Source: Auanema rhodensis
Lineage: Eukaryota > Animalia > Nematoda
Length of the DNA: 64,000 bases
Assembly (NCBI GenBank): GCA_964057225.1
Contig: OZ059898.1
Coordinates: forward strand, 18,290,001 to 18,354,000
Reading direction: 5' to 3'
In this document: positions 29,301 through 44,300 of the stretch, one piece after another
How positions within the stretch are numbered: the first letter of the stretch is position 1
How the letters are laid out: the number at the start of each line of letters is the position of its first letter
Notes under the pieces: generated by a model
Told to the model about the DNA's origin: nothing
What the model saw: only the letters and a program-made list of their open reading frames with translations
Databases searched by the model: none
Program-made: the position numbers and the translations under genes

Positions 29301-30099
29301 AGTGCATTCGATGCGCATTTTTAAGCTGCGTCGATCTGTGTTATCAGATTTGCGCTAGCTTAAAAATGCACCGAGATATCAACTGATATAAGTTCACACT
29401 TATATCCTCGATTTTCACCCTGAAGATTTAATTTTTTCGTTGAATAACATTGTCCATCGTCTTTGCCTTGAAAAAAGGAATCTAAAAACATCTACTTTTT
29501 GCTAAATTATTTTGAAATTTTTCGAAAAAATTTTTGTCAAAATGTTTTTGGAAGCAATGTTGAGTGTACATGGAAACTCAACATACACTAATGCATCATT
29601 TTTCAAACGATCATAACTAATTTTTGTATTAAGCGTTTCTCAATGTAGTATAGTGCATTCGATGCGGATTTTTAAGCTGCGTCGATCTGTGTTATCAGAT
29701 TTGCGCTAGCTTAAAAATGCACCGAGATATCAACTGATATAAGTTCACACTTATATCCTCGATTTTCACCCTGAAGAAATAATTTTTTCGTTGAATAACA
29801 TTGTCCATCGTCTTTGCCTTGAAAAAAGGAATCTAAAAACATCTACTTTTTGCTAAATTATTTTGAAATTTTTCGAAAAAATTTTTGTCAAAATGTTTTT
29901 GGAAGCAATGTTGAGTGTACATGGAAACTCAACATACACTAATGCATCATTTTTCAAACGATCATAACTAATTTTTGTATTAAGCGTTTCTCAATGTAGT
30001 ATAGTGCATTCGATGCGGATTTTTAAGCTGCGTCGATCTGTGTTATCAGATTTGCGCTAGCTTAAAAATGCACCGAGATATCAACTGATATAAGTTCAC

Positions 30100-32100
30100 A
30101 CTTATATCCTCGATTTTCACCCTGAAGATTTAATTTTTTCGTTGAATAACATTGTCCATTGTCTTTGCCTTGAAAAAAGGAATCTAAAAACATCTACTTT
30201 TTGCTAAATTATTTTGAAATTTTTCGAAAAAATTTTTGTCAAAATGTTTTTGGAAGCAATGTTGAGTGTACATGGAAACTCAACATACACTAATGCATCA
30301 TTTTTCAAACGATCATAACTAATTTTTGTATTAAGCGTTTCTCAATGTAGTATAGTGCATTCGATGCGGATTTTTAAGCTGCGTCGATCTGTGTTATCAG
30401 ATTTGCGCTAGCTTAAAAATGCACCGAGATATCAACTGATATAAGTTCACACTTATATCCTCGATTTTCACCCTGAAGATTTAAATTTTTCCTTGAATAA
30501 CATTGTCCATCGTCTTTGCCTTGAAAAAAGGAATCTAAAAACATCTACTTTTTGCTAAATTATTTTGAAATTTTTCGAAAAAATTTTTGTCAAAATGTTT
30601 TTGGAAGCAATGTTGAGTGTACATGGAAACTCAACATACACTAATGCATCATTTTTCAAACGATCATAACTAATTTTTGTATTAAGCGTTTCTCAATGTA
30701 GTATAGTGCATTCGATGCGGATTTTTAAGCTGCGTCGATCTGTGTTATCAGATTTGCGCTAGCTTAAAAATGCACCGAGATATCAACTGATATAAGTTCA
30801 CACTTATATCCTCGATTTTCACCCTGAAGATTTAATTTTTTCGTTGAATAACATTGTCCATTGTCTTTGCCTTGAAAAAAGGAATCTAAAAACATCTACT
30901 TTTTGCTAAATTATTTTGAAATTTTTCGAAAAAATTTTTGTCAAAATGTTTTTGGAAGCAATGTTGAGTGTACATGGAAACTCAACATACACTAATGCAT
31001 CATTTTTCAAACGATCATAACTAATTTTTGTATTAAGCGTTTCTCAATGTAGTATAGTGCATTCGATGCGGATTTTTAAGCTGCGTCGATCTGTGTTATC
31101 AGATTTGCGCTAGCTTAAAAATGCACCGAGATATCAACTGATATAAGTTCACACTTATATCCTCGATTTTCACCCTGAAGATTTAAATTTTTCCTTGAAT
31201 AACATTGTCCATCGTCTTTGCCTTGAAAAAAGGAATCTAAAAACATCTACTTTTTGCTAAATTATTTTGAAATTTTTCGAAAAAATTTTTGTCAAAATGT
31301 TTTTGGAAGCAATGTTGAGTGTACATGGAAACTCAACATACACTAATGCATCATTTTTCAAACGATCATAACTAATTTTTGTATTAAGCGTTTCTCAATG
31401 TAGTATAGTGCATTCGATGCGGATTTTTAAGCTGCGTCGATCTGTGTTATCAGATTTGCGCTAGCTTAAAAATGCACCGAGACATCAACTGATATAAGTT
31501 CACACTTATATCCTCGATTTTCACCCTGAAGATTTAATTTTTTCGTTGAATAACATTGTCCATTGTCTTTGCCTTGAAAAAAGGAATCTAAAAACATCTA
31601 CTTTTTGCTAAATTATTTTGAAATTTTTCGAAAAAATTTTTGTCAAAATGTTTTTGGAAGCAATGTTGAGTGTACATGGAAACTCAACATACACTAATGC
31701 ATCATTTTTCAAACGATCATAACTAATTTTTGTATTAAGCGTTTCTCAATGTAGTATAGTGCATTCGATGCGGATTTTTAAGCTGCGTCGATCTGTGTTA
31801 TCAGATTTGCGCTAGCTTAAAAATGCACCGAGATATCAACTGATATAAGTTCACACTTATATCCTCGATTTTCACCCTGAAGATTTAAATTTTTCCTTGA
31901 ATAACATTGTCCATCGTCTTTGCCTTGAAAAAAGGAATCTAAAAACATCTACTTTTTGCTAAATTATTTTGAAATTTTTCGAAAAAATTTTTGTCAAAAT
32001 GTTTTTGGAAGCAATGTTGAGTGTACATGGAAACTCAACATACACTAATGCATCATTTTTCAAACGATCATAACTAATTTTTGTATTAAGCGTTTCTCAA
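30100..32100 (+). repeat. Dimeric higher-order repeat, 702 bp, 3 copies
   Basis: TTAAATTTTTCCTTG at 30481, 31183 and 31885 alternates with CCATTGTC at ~30160, 30862 and 31564. Confidence 0.85.
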
Positions 32101-35100
32101 TGTAGTATTGTGCATTCGATGCGGATTTTTAAGCTGCGTCGATCTGTGTTATCAGATTTGCGCTAGCTTAAAAATGCACCGAGACATCAACTGATATAAG
32201 TTCACACTTATATCCTCGATTTTCACCCTGAAGAATTAATTTTTTCGTTGAATAACATTGTCCATCGTCTTTGCCTTGAAAAAAGAAATCTAAAAACATT
32301 TACTTTTTGCTAAATTATTCTGAAATTTTTCGAAAAAATTTTTGTCAAAATGTTTTTGGAAGCAATGTTGAGTGTACATGGAAACTCAACATACGCTAAT
32401 GCACCATTTTTCAAACGATCATAACTAATTTTTGTATTAAGCGTTTCTCAATGTAGTATAGTGCATTCGATGCGGATTTTTAAGCTGCGTCGATCTGTGT
32501 TATCAGATTTGCGCTAGCTTAAAAATGCACCGAGATATCAACTGATATAAGTTCACACTTATATCCTCGATTTTCACCCTGAAGAATTATTTTTTTCGTT
32601 GAATAACATTGTCCATCGTCTTTGCCTTGAAAAAAGGAATCTAAAAACATCTACTTTTTGCTGAATTATTTTGAAATTTTTCGAAAAAATTTTTGTCAAA
32701 ATGTTTTTGGAAGCAATGTTGAGTGTACATGGAAACTCAACATACACTAATGCATTATTTTTCAAACGATCATAACTAATTTTTGAATTAAGCGTTTCTC
32801 AATGTAGTATAGTGCATTCGATGCGGATTTTTAAGCTGCGTCGATCTGTGTTATCAGATTTGCGCTAGCTTAAAAATGCACCGAGATATCAACTGATATA
32901 AGTTCACACTTATATCCTCGATTTTCACCCTGAAGAAATAATTTTTTCGTTGAACAACATTGTCCATCGTGTTTGCCTTGAAAAAAGGAATCTAAAAACA
33001 TCTACTTTTTGCTAAATTATTTTGAAATTTTTCGAAAAAATTTTTGTCAAAATGTTTTTGGAAGCAATGTTGAGTGTACATGGAAACTCAACATACACTA
33101 ATGCATCATTTTTCAAACGATCATAACTAATTTTTGTATTAAGCGTTTCTCAATGTAGTATAGTGCATTCGATGCGGATTTTTAAGCTGCGTCGATCTGT
33201 GTTATCAGATTTGCGCTAGCTTAAAAATGCACCGAGACATCAACTGATATAAGTTCACACTTATATCCTCGATTTTCACCCTGAAGAAATAATTTTTTCG
33301 TTGAATAACATTGTCCATCGTCTTTGCCTTGAAAAAAGGAATCTAAAAACATCTACTTTTTGCTAAATTATTTTGAAATTTTTCGAAAAAATTTTTGTCA
33401 AAATGTTTTTGGAAGCAATGTTGAGTGTACATGGAAACTCAACATACACTAATGCATCATTTTTCAAACGATCATAACTAATTTTTGTATTAAGCGTTTC
33501 TCAATGTAGTATAGTGCATTCGATGCGGATTTTTAAGCTGCGTCGATCTGTGTTATCAGATTTGCGCTAGCTTAAAAATGCACCGAGACATCAACTGATA
33601 TATGTTCACACTTACATCCTCGATTTTCACCCTGAAGAAATAATTTTTTTGTTGAATAACATTGTCCATCGTCTTTGCCTTGAAAAAAGGAATCTAAAAA
33701 CATCTACTTTTTGCTAAATTATTTTGAAATTTTTCGAAAAAATTTTTGTCAAAATGTTTTTGGAAGCAATGTTGAGTGTACATGGAAACTCAACATACAC
33801 TAATGCATCATTTTTCAAACGATCATAACTAATTTTTGTATTAAGCGTTTCTCAATGTAGTATAGTGCATTCGATGCGGATTTTTAAGCTGCGTCGATCT
33901 GTGTTATCAGATTTGCGCTAGCTTAAAAATGCACCGAGACATCAACTGATATAAGTTCACACTTATATCCTCGATTTTCACCCTGAAGAAATAATTTTTT
34001 CGTTGAATAACATTGTCCATCGTCTTTGCCTTGAAAAAAGAAATCTAAAAACATCTACTTTTTGCTAAATTATTTTGAAATTTTTCGAAAAAATTTTTGT
34101 CAAAATGTTTTTGGAAGCAATGTTGAGTGTACATGGAAACTCAACATACACTAGTGCATCATTAGTCAAACGATCATAACTAATTTTTGTATTAAGCGTT
34201 TCTCAATGTAGTATAGTGCATTCGATGCGGATTTTTAAGCTGCGTCGATCTGTGTTATCAGATTTGCGCTAGCCTAAAAATGCACCGAGATATCAACTGA
34301 TATAAGTTCACACTTATATCCTCGATTTTCACCCTGAAGAAATAATTTTTTCGTTTAATAACATTGTCCATCGTCTTTGCCTTGAAAAAAGGAATCTAAA
34401 AACATCTATTTTTTGCTAAATTATTTTGAAATGTTTCGAAAAAATTTTTGTCAAAATGTTTTTGGAAGCAATGTTGAGTGTACATGGAAACTCAACATAC
34501 ACTAATGCATCATTTTTCAAACGATCATAACTAATTTTTGTATTAAGCGTTTCTCAATATAGTATAGTGCATTCGATGCGGATTTTTAAGCTGCGTCGAT
34601 CTGTGTTATCAGATTTGCGCTAGCTTAAAAATGCACCGAGATATCAACTGATATAAGTTCACACTTATATCCTCGATTTTCACCCTGAAGAATTAATTTT
34701 TTCGTTGAATAACATTGTCCATCGTCTTTGCCTTGAAAAAAGGAATCTAAAAACATCTACTTTTTGCTAAATTATTTTGAAATTTTTCGAAAAAATTTTT
34801 GTCAAAATGTTTTTGGAAGCAATGTTGAGTGTACATGGAAACTCAACATACACTAATGCATCATTTTTCAAACGATCATAACTAATTTTTGTATTAAGCG
34901 TTTCTCAATGTAGTATAGTGCATTCGATGCGGATTTTTAAGCTGCGTCGATCTGTGTTATCAGATTTGCGCTAGCTTAAAAATGCACCGAGACATCAACT
35001 GATATAAGTTCACACTTATATCCTCGATTTTCACCCTGAAGAATTAATTTTTTCGTTGAATAACATTGTCCATCGTCTTTGCCTTGAAAAAAGGAATCTA

Positions 35101-38100
35101 AAAACATCTACTTTTTGCTAAATTATTTTGAAATTTTTCGAAAAAATTTTTGTCAAAATGTTTTTGGAAGCAATGTTGAGTGTACATGGAAACTCAACAT
35201 ACACTAATGCATCATTTTTCAAACGATCATAACTAATTTTTGTATTAAGCGTTTCTCAATGTAGTATAGTGCATTCGATGCGGATTTTTAAGCTGCGTCG
35301 ATCTGTGTTATCAGATTTGCGCTAGCTTAAAAATGCACCGAGACATCAACTGATATAAGTTCACACTTATATCCTCGATTTTCACCCTGAAGAAATAATT
35401 TTTTCGTTGAATAACATTGTCCATCGTGTTTGCCTTGAAAAAAAGGAATCTAAAAACATCTACTTTTTGCTAAATTATTTTGAAATTTTTCGAAAAAATT
35501 TTTGTCAAAATGTTTTTGGAAGCAATGTTGAGTGTACATGGAAACTCAACATACACTAATGCATCATTTTTCAAACGATCATAACTAATTTTTGTATTAA
35601 GCGTTTCTCAATGTAGTATAGTGCATTCGATGCGGATTTTTAAGCTGCGTCGATCTGTGTTATCAGATTTGCGCTAGCTTAAAAATGCACCGAGACATCA
35701 ACTGATATAAGTTCACACTTATATCCTCGATTTTCACCCTGAAGAAATAACTTTTTCGTTGAATAACATTGTCCATCGTCTTTGCCTTGAAAAAAGGAAT
35801 CTAAAAACATCTACTTTTTGCTAAATTATTTTGAAATTTTTCGAAAAAATTTTTGTCAAAATGTTTTTGGAAGCAATGTTGAGTGTACATGGAAACTCAA
35901 CATACACTAATGCATCATTTTTCAAACGATCATAACTAATTTTTGTATTAAGCGTTTCTCAATGTAGTATAGTGCATTCGATGCGGATTTTTAAGCTGCG
36001 TCGATCTGTGTTATCAGATTTGCGCTAGCTTAAAAATGCACCGAGACATCAACTGATATAAGTTCACACTTATATCCTCGATTTTCACCCTGAAGAAATA
36101 ATTTTTTCGTTGAATAACATTGTCCATCGTCTTTGCCTTGAAAAAAGAAATCTAAAAACATCTACTTTTTGCTAAATTATTTTGAAATTTTTCGAAACAA
36201 TTTTTGTCAAAATGTTTTTGGAAGCAATGTTGAGTGTACATGGAAACTCAACATACACTAATGCATTATTTTTCAAACGATCATAACTAATTTTTGAATT
36301 AAGCGTTTCTCAATGTAGTATAGTGCATTCGATGCGGATTTTTAAGCTGCGTCGATCTGTGTTATCAGATTTGCGCTAGCTTAAAAATGCACCGAGATAT
36401 CAACTGATATAAGTTCACACTTATATTCTCGATTTTCACCCTGAAGAATTAATTTTTTCGTTGAATAACATTGTCCATCGTCTTTGCCTTGAAAAAAGGA
36501 ATCTAAAAACATTTACTTTTTGCTAAATTATTCTGAAATTTTTCGAAAAAATTTTTGTCAAAATGTTTTTGGAAGCAATGTTGAGTGTACATGGAAACTC
36601 AACATACACTAATGCATCATTTTTCGAACGATCATAACTAATTTTTGTATTAAGCGTTTCTCAATGTAGTATAGTGCATTCGATGCGGATTTTTAAGCTG
36701 CGTCGATCTGTGTTATCAGATTTGCGCTAGCTTAAAAATGCACCGAGACATCAACTGATATAAGTTCACACTTATATCCTCGATTTTCACCCTGAAGAAA
36801 TAATTTTTTCGTTGAATAACATTGTCCATCGTCTTTGCCTTGAAAAAAGAAATCTAAAAACATCTACTTTTTGCTAAATTATTTTGAAATTTTTCGAAAA
36901 AATTTTTGTCAAAATGTTTTTGGAAGCAATGTTGAGTGTACATGGAAACTCAACATACACTAATGCATCATTTTTCAAACGATCATAACTAATTTTTGTA
37001 TTAAGCGTTTCTCAATGTAGTATAGTGCATTCGATGCGGATTTTTAAGCTGCGTCGATCTGTGTTATCAGATTTGCGCTAGCTTAAAAATGCACCGAGAC
37101 ATCAACTGATATAAGTTCACACTTATATCCTCGATTTTCACCCTGAAGAAATAATTTTTTCGTTGAATAACATTGTCCATCGTCTTTGCCTTGAAAAAAG
37201 AAATCTAAAAACATCTACTTTTTGCTAAATTATTTTGAAATTTTTCGAAAAAATTTTTGTCAAAATGTTTTTGGAAGCAATGTTGAGTGTACATGGAAAC
37301 TCAACATACACTAATGCATCATTAGTCAAACGATCATAACTAATTTTTGTATTAAGCGTTTCTCAATGTAGTATAGTGCATTCGATGCGGATTTTTAAGC
37401 TGCGTCGATCTGTGTTATCAGATTTGCGCTAGCCTAAAAATGCACCGAGATATCAACTGATATAAGTTCACACTTATATCCTCGATTTTCACCCTGAAGA
37501 AATAATTTTTTCGTTGAATAACATTGTCCATCGTCTTTGCCTTGAAAAAAGGAATCTAAAAACATCTATTTTTTGCTAAATTATTTTGAAATGTTTCGAA
37601 AAAATTTTTGTCAAAATGTTTTTGGAAGCAATGTTGAGTGTACATGGAAACTCAACATACACTAATGCATCATTTTTCAAACGATCATAACTAATTTTTG
37701 TATTAAGCGTTTCTCAATATAGTATAGTGCATTCGATGCGGATTTTTAAGCTGCGTCGATCTGTGTTATCAGATTTGCGCTAGCTTAAAAATGCACCGAG
37801 ATATCAACTGATATAAGTTCACACTTATATCCTCGATTTTCACCCTGAAGAAATAATTTTTTCGTTGAATAACATTGTCCATCTTCTTTGCCTTGAAAAA
37901 AGGAATCTAAAAACATCTACTTTTTGCTAAATTATTTTGAAATTTTTCGAAAAAATTTTTGTCAAAATGTTTTTGGAAGCAATGTTGAGTGTACATGGAA
38001 ACTCAACATACACTAATGCATCATTTTTCAAACGATCATAACTAATTTTTGTATTAAGCGTTTCTCAATGTAGTATAGTGCATTCGATGCGGATTTTTAA

Positions 38101-41100
38101 GCTGCGTCGATCTGTGTTATCAGATTTGCGCTAGCTTAAAAATGCACCGAGATATCAACTGATATAAGTTCACACTTATATCCTCGATTTTCACCCTGAA
38201 GATTTAATTTTTTCGTTGAATAACATTGTCCATCGTCTTTGCCTTGAAAAAAGGAATCTAAAAACATCTACTTTTTGCTAAATTATTTTGAAATTTTTCG
38301 AAAAAATTTTTGTCAAAATGTTTTTGGAAGCAATGTTGAGTGTACATGGAAACTCAACATACACTAATGCATCATTTTTCAAACGATCATAACTAATTTT
38401 TGTATTAAGCGTTTCTCAATGTAGTATAGTGCATTCGATGCGGATTTTTAAGCTGCGTCGATCTGTGTTATCAGATTTGCGCTAGCTTAAAAATGCACCG
38501 AGATATCAACTGATATAAGTTCACACTTATATCCTCGATTTTCACCCTGAAGAAATAATTTTTTCGTTGAATAACATTGTCCATCGTCTTTGCCTTGAAA
38601 AAAGGAATCTTAAAACATCTACTTTTTGCTAAATTATTCTGAAATTTTTCGAAAACATTTTTGTCAAAATGTTTTTGGAAGCAATGTTGAGTGTACATGG
38701 AAACTCAACATACACTAATGCATCATTTTTCAAACGATCATAACTAATTTTTGTATTAAGCGTTTCTCAATGTAGTATAGTGCATTCGATGCGGATTTTT
38801 AAGCTGCGTCGATCTGTGTTATCAGATTTGCGCTAGCTTAAAAATGCACCGAGATATCAACTGATATAAGTTCACACTTATATCCTCGATTTTCACCCTG
38901 AAGAATTAATTTTTTCGTTGAATAACATTGTCCATCGTCTTTGCCTTGAAAAAAGGAATCTAAAAACATCTACTTTTTGCTAAATTATTCTGAAATTTTT
39001 CGAAAAAATTTTTGTCAAAATGTTTTTGGAAGCAATGTTGAGTGTACATGGAAACTCAACATACACTAATGCATCATTTTTCAAACGATCATAACTAATT
39101 TTTGTATTAAGCGTTTCTCAATGTAGTATAGTGCATTCGATGCGGATTTTTAAGCTGCGTCGATCTGTGTTATCAGATTTGCGCTAGCTTAAAAATGCAC
39201 CGAGATATCAACTGATATAAGTTCACACTTATATCCTCGATTTTCACCCTGAAGAATTAATTTTTTCGTTGAATAACATTGTCCATCGTCTTTGCCTTGA
39301 AAAACGAAATCTGAAAACATCTACTTTTTGCTAAATTATTTTGAAATTTTTCGAAAAAGTTTTTGTCAAAATGTTTTTGGAAGCAATGTTGAGTGTACAT
39401 GGAAACTCAACATACACTAATGCATCATTTTTCAAACGTTCATAACTAATTTTTGTATTCAGCGTTTCTCAATGTAGTATAGTGCATTTGATGCGGATTT
39501 TTAAGCTGCGTCGATCTGTGTTATCAGATTTGCGCTAGTTTAAAAATGCACCGAGATATCAACTGATATAAGTTCACACTTATATCCTCGATTTTCACCC
39601 TGAAGAATTAATTTTTTCGTTGAATAACATTGTCCATCGTCTTTGCCTTGAAAAACGAAATCTGAAAACATCTACTTTTTGCTAAATTATTTTGAAATTT
39701 TTCGAAAAAATTTTTGTCAAAATGTTTTTGGAAGCAATGTTGAGTGTACATGGAAACTCAACATACACTAATGCATCATTTTTCAAACGTTCATAACTAA
39801 TTTTTGTATTCAGCGTTTCTCAATGTAGTATAGTGCATTTGATGCGGATTTTTAAGCTGCGTCGATCTGTGTTATCAGATTTGCGCTAGTTTAAAAATGC
39901 ACCGAGATATCAACTGATATAAGTTCACACTTATATCCTCGATTTTCACCCTGAAGAATTAATTTTTTCGTTGAATAACATTGTCCATCGTCTTTGCCTT
40001 GAAAACAGGAATCTAAAAACATTTACTTTTTCCTAATTATTCTGAAATTTTTCGAAAAAATTTTTGTCAAAATGTTTTTGGAAGCAATGTTGAGTGTACA
40101 TGGAAACTCAACATACACTAATGCACAATTTTTCAAACGATCATAACTAATTTTTGTATTAAGCGTTTCTCAATGTAGTATAGTGCATTCGATGCGGATT
40201 TTTAAGCTGCGTCGATCTGTGTTATCAGATTCGCGCTAGCTTAAAAATGCACCGAGATATCAACTGATATAAGTTCACACTTATATCCTCGATTTTCACC
40301 CTGAAGAATTAATTTTTTCGTTGAATAACATTGTCCATCGTCTTTGCCTTGAAAAAAGGAATCTAAAAACATTTACTTTTTGCTAAATTATTCTGAAATT
40401 TTTCGAAAAAATTTTTGTCAAAATGTTTTTGGAAGCAATGTTGAGTGTACATGGAAACTCAACATACACTAATGCATCATTTTTCAAACGATCATAATTA
40501 ATTTTTGTATTAAGCGTTTCTCAATGTAGTATAGTGCATTCGATGCGGATTTTTAAGCTGCGTCGATCTGTGTTATCAGATTTGCGCTAGCTTAAAAATG
40601 CACCGAGATATCAACTGATATAAGTTCACACTTATATCCTCGATTTTCACCCTGAAGAATTAATTTTTTCGTTGAATAACATTGTCCATCGTCTTTGCCT
40701 TGAAAAAAGGAATCTAAAAACATCTACTTTTTGCTAAATTATTTTGAAATTTTTTGAAAAAATTTTTGTCAAAATGTTTTTGGAAGCAATGTTGAGTGAA
40801 CATGGAAACTCGACATACACTAATGCATCATTTTTCAAACAATCATAACTAGTTTTTGTATTAAGCGTTTCTCAATGTAGTATAGTGCATTCGATGCGGA
40901 TTTTTAAGCTGCGTCGATCTGTGTTATCAGATTTGCGCTAGCTTAAAAATGCACCGAGATATCAACTGATATAAGTTCACACTTATATCCTCGATTTTCA
41001 CCCTGAAGAATTAATTTTTTTGTGGAATAACATTGTCCATCGTCTTTGCCTTGAAAAACGAAATCTGAATACATCTACTTTTTGCTAAATTATTTTGAAA

Positions 41101-41399
41101 TTTTTCGAAAAAATTTTTGTCAAAATGTTTTTGGAAGCAATGTTGAGTGAACATGGAAACTCGACATACACTAATGCATCATTTTTCAAACAATCATAAC
41201 TAATTTTTGTATTAAGCGTTTCTCAATGTAGTATAGTGCATTTGATGCGGATTTTTAAGCTGCGTCGATCTGTGTTATCAGATTTGCGCTAGTTTAAAAA
41301 TGCACCGAGATATCAACTGATATAAGTTCACACTTATATCCTCGATTTTCACCCTGAAGAATTAATTTTTTCGTTGAATAACATTGTCCATCGTCTTTG

Positions 41400-44300
41400 C
41401 CTTGAAAAAAGGAATCTGAAAACATCTACTTTTTGCTAAATTATTTTGAAATTTTTCGAAAAAATTTTTGTCAAAATGTTTTTGGAAGCAATGTTGAGTG
41501 TACATGGAAACTCAACATACACTAATGCATCATTTTTCAAACGATCATAACTAATTTTTGTATTAAGCGTTTCTCAATGTAGTATAGTGCATTCGATGCG
41601 GATTTTTAAGCTGCGTCGATCTGTGTTATCAGATTTGCGCTAGCTTAAAAATGCACCGAGATATCAACTGATATAAGTTCACACTTATATCCTCGATTTT
41701 CACCCTGAAGAATTAATTTTTTCGTTGAATAACATTGTCCATCGTCTTTGCCTTGAAAAAAGGAATCTAAAAACATCTACTTTTTGCTAAATTATTCTGA
41801 AATTTTTTGAAAAAATTTTTGTCAAAATGTTTTTGGAAGCAATGTTGAGTGTACATGGAAACTCAACATACACTAATGCATCATTTTTCAAACGATCATA
41901 ACTAATTTTTGTATTAAGCGTTTCTCAATGTAGTATAGTGCATTCGATGCGGATTTTTAAGCTGCGTCGATCTGTGTTATCAGATTTGCGCTAGCTTAAA
42001 AATGCACCGAGATATCAACTGATATAAGTTCACACTTATATCCTCGATTTTCACCCTGAAGAATTAATTTTTTCGTTGAATAACATTGTCCATCGTCTTT
42101 GCCTTGAAAAACGAAATCTGAAAACATCTACTTTTTGCTAAATTATTCTGAAATTTTTCGAAAAAATTTTTGTCAAAATGTTTTTGGAAGCAATGTTGAG
42201 TGTACATGGAAACTCAACATACACTAATGCATCATTTTTCAAACGATCATAACTAATTTTTGTATTAAGCGTTTCTCAATGTAGTATAGTGCATTCGATG
42301 CGGATTTTTAAGCTGCGTCGATCTGTGTTATCAGATTTGCGCTAGCTTAAAAATGCACCGAGATATCAACTGATATAAGTTCACACTTATATCCTCGATT
42401 TTCACCCTGAAGAATTAATTTTTTCGTTGAATAACATTGTCCATCGTCTTTGCCTTGAAAAAAGGAATCTAAAAACATCTACTTTTTGCTAAATTATTTT
42501 GAAATTTTTCGAAAAAATTTTTGTCAAAATGTTTTTGGAAGCAATGTTGAGTGAACATGGAAACTCGACATACACTAATGCATCATTTTTCAAACAATCA
42601 TAACTAGTTTTTGTATTAAGCGTTTCTCAATGTAGTATAGTGCATTCGATGCGGATTTTTAAGCTGCGTCGATCTGTGTTATCAGATTTGCGCTAGCTTA
42701 AAAATGCACTGAGATATCAACTGATATAAGTTCACACTTATATCCTCGATTTTCACCCTGAAGAATTAATTTTTTCGTTGAATAACATTGTCCATCGTCT
42801 TTGCCTTGAAAAACGAAATCTGAAAACATCTACTTTTTGCTAAATTATTCTGAAATTTTTCGAAAAAATTTTTGTCAAAATGTTTTTGGAAGCAATGTTG
42901 AGTGTACATGGAAACTCAACATACACTAATGCATCATTTTTCAAACGATCATAACTAATTTTTGTATTAAGCGTTTCTCAATGTAGTATAGTGCATTCGA
43001 TGCGGATTTTTAAGCTGCGTCGATCTGTGTTATCAGATTTGCGCTAGCTTAAAAATGCACCGAGATATCAACTGATATAAGTTCACACTTATATCCTCGA
43101 TTTTCACCCTGAAGAATTAATTTTTTCGTTGAATAACATTGTCCATCGTCTTTGCCTTGAAAAAAGGAATCTAAAAACATCTACTTTTTGCTAAATTATT
43201 TTGAAATTTTTCGAAAAAATTTTTGTCAAAATGTTTTTGGAAGCAATGTTGAGTGAACATGGAAACTCGACATACACTAATGCATCATTTTTCAAACAAT
43301 CATAACTAGTTTTTGTATTAAGCGTTTCTCAATGTAGTATAGTGCATTCGATGCGGATTTTTAAGCTGCGTCGATCTGTGTTATCAGATTTGCGCTAGCT
43401 TAAAAATGCACCGAGATATCAACTGATATAAGTTCACACTTATATCCTCGATTTTCACCCTGAAGAATTAATTTTTTCGTTGAATAACATTGTCCATCGT
43501 CTTTGCCTTGAAAAAAGGAATCTGAAAACATCTACTTTTTGCTAAATTATTTTGAAATTTTTCGAAAAAATTTTTGTCAAAATGTTTTTGGAAGCAATGT
43601 TGAGTGTACATGGAAACTCAACATACACTAATGCATCATTTTTCAAACGATCATAACTAATTTTTGTATTAAGCGTTTCTCAATGTAGTATAGTGCATTC
43701 GATGCGGATTTTTAAGCTGCGTCGATCTGTGTTATCAGATTTGCGCTAGCTTAAAAATGCACCGAGATATCAACTGATATAAGTTCACACTTATATCCTC
43801 GATTTTCACCCTGAAGAATTAATTTTTTCGTTGAATAACATTGTCCATCGTCTTTGCCTTGAAAAAAGGAATCTAAAAACATCTACTTTTTGCTAAATTA
43901 TTCTGAAATTTTTTGAAAAAATTTTTGTCAAAATGTTTTTGGAAGCAATGTTGAGTGTACATGGAAACTCAACATACACTAATGCATCATTTTTCAAACG
44001 ATCATAACTAATTTTTGTATTAAGCGTTTCTCAATGTAGTATAGTGCATTCGATGCGGATTTTTAAGCTGCGTCGATCTGTGTTATCAGATTTGCGCTAG
44101 CTTAAAAATGCACCGAGATATCAACTGATATAAGTTCACACTTATATCCTCGATTTTCACCCTGAAGAATTAATTTTTTCGTTGAATAACATTGTCCATC
44201 GTCTTTGCCTTGAAAAACGAAATCTGAAAACATCTACTTTTTGCTAAATTATTCTGAAATTTTTCGAAAAAATTTTTGTCAAAATGTTTTTGGAAGCAAT

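Noticed and set aside
3406-32765. Twelve near-identical 63-aa minus-strand ORFs (MKNNALVYVEFPCTLN...)
   Set aside because: They lie wholly within satellite monomers and appear only where the GCTAAA>GCTGAA SNP removes a TAG stop. There is no recognisable domain, and the K/F/N/I-rich composition reflects the A/T tracts.
38471-38698. 75-aa minus-strand ORF
   Set aside because: It is opened by a single private SNP (ATCTTAAA) in one monomer and is a chance reading frame.
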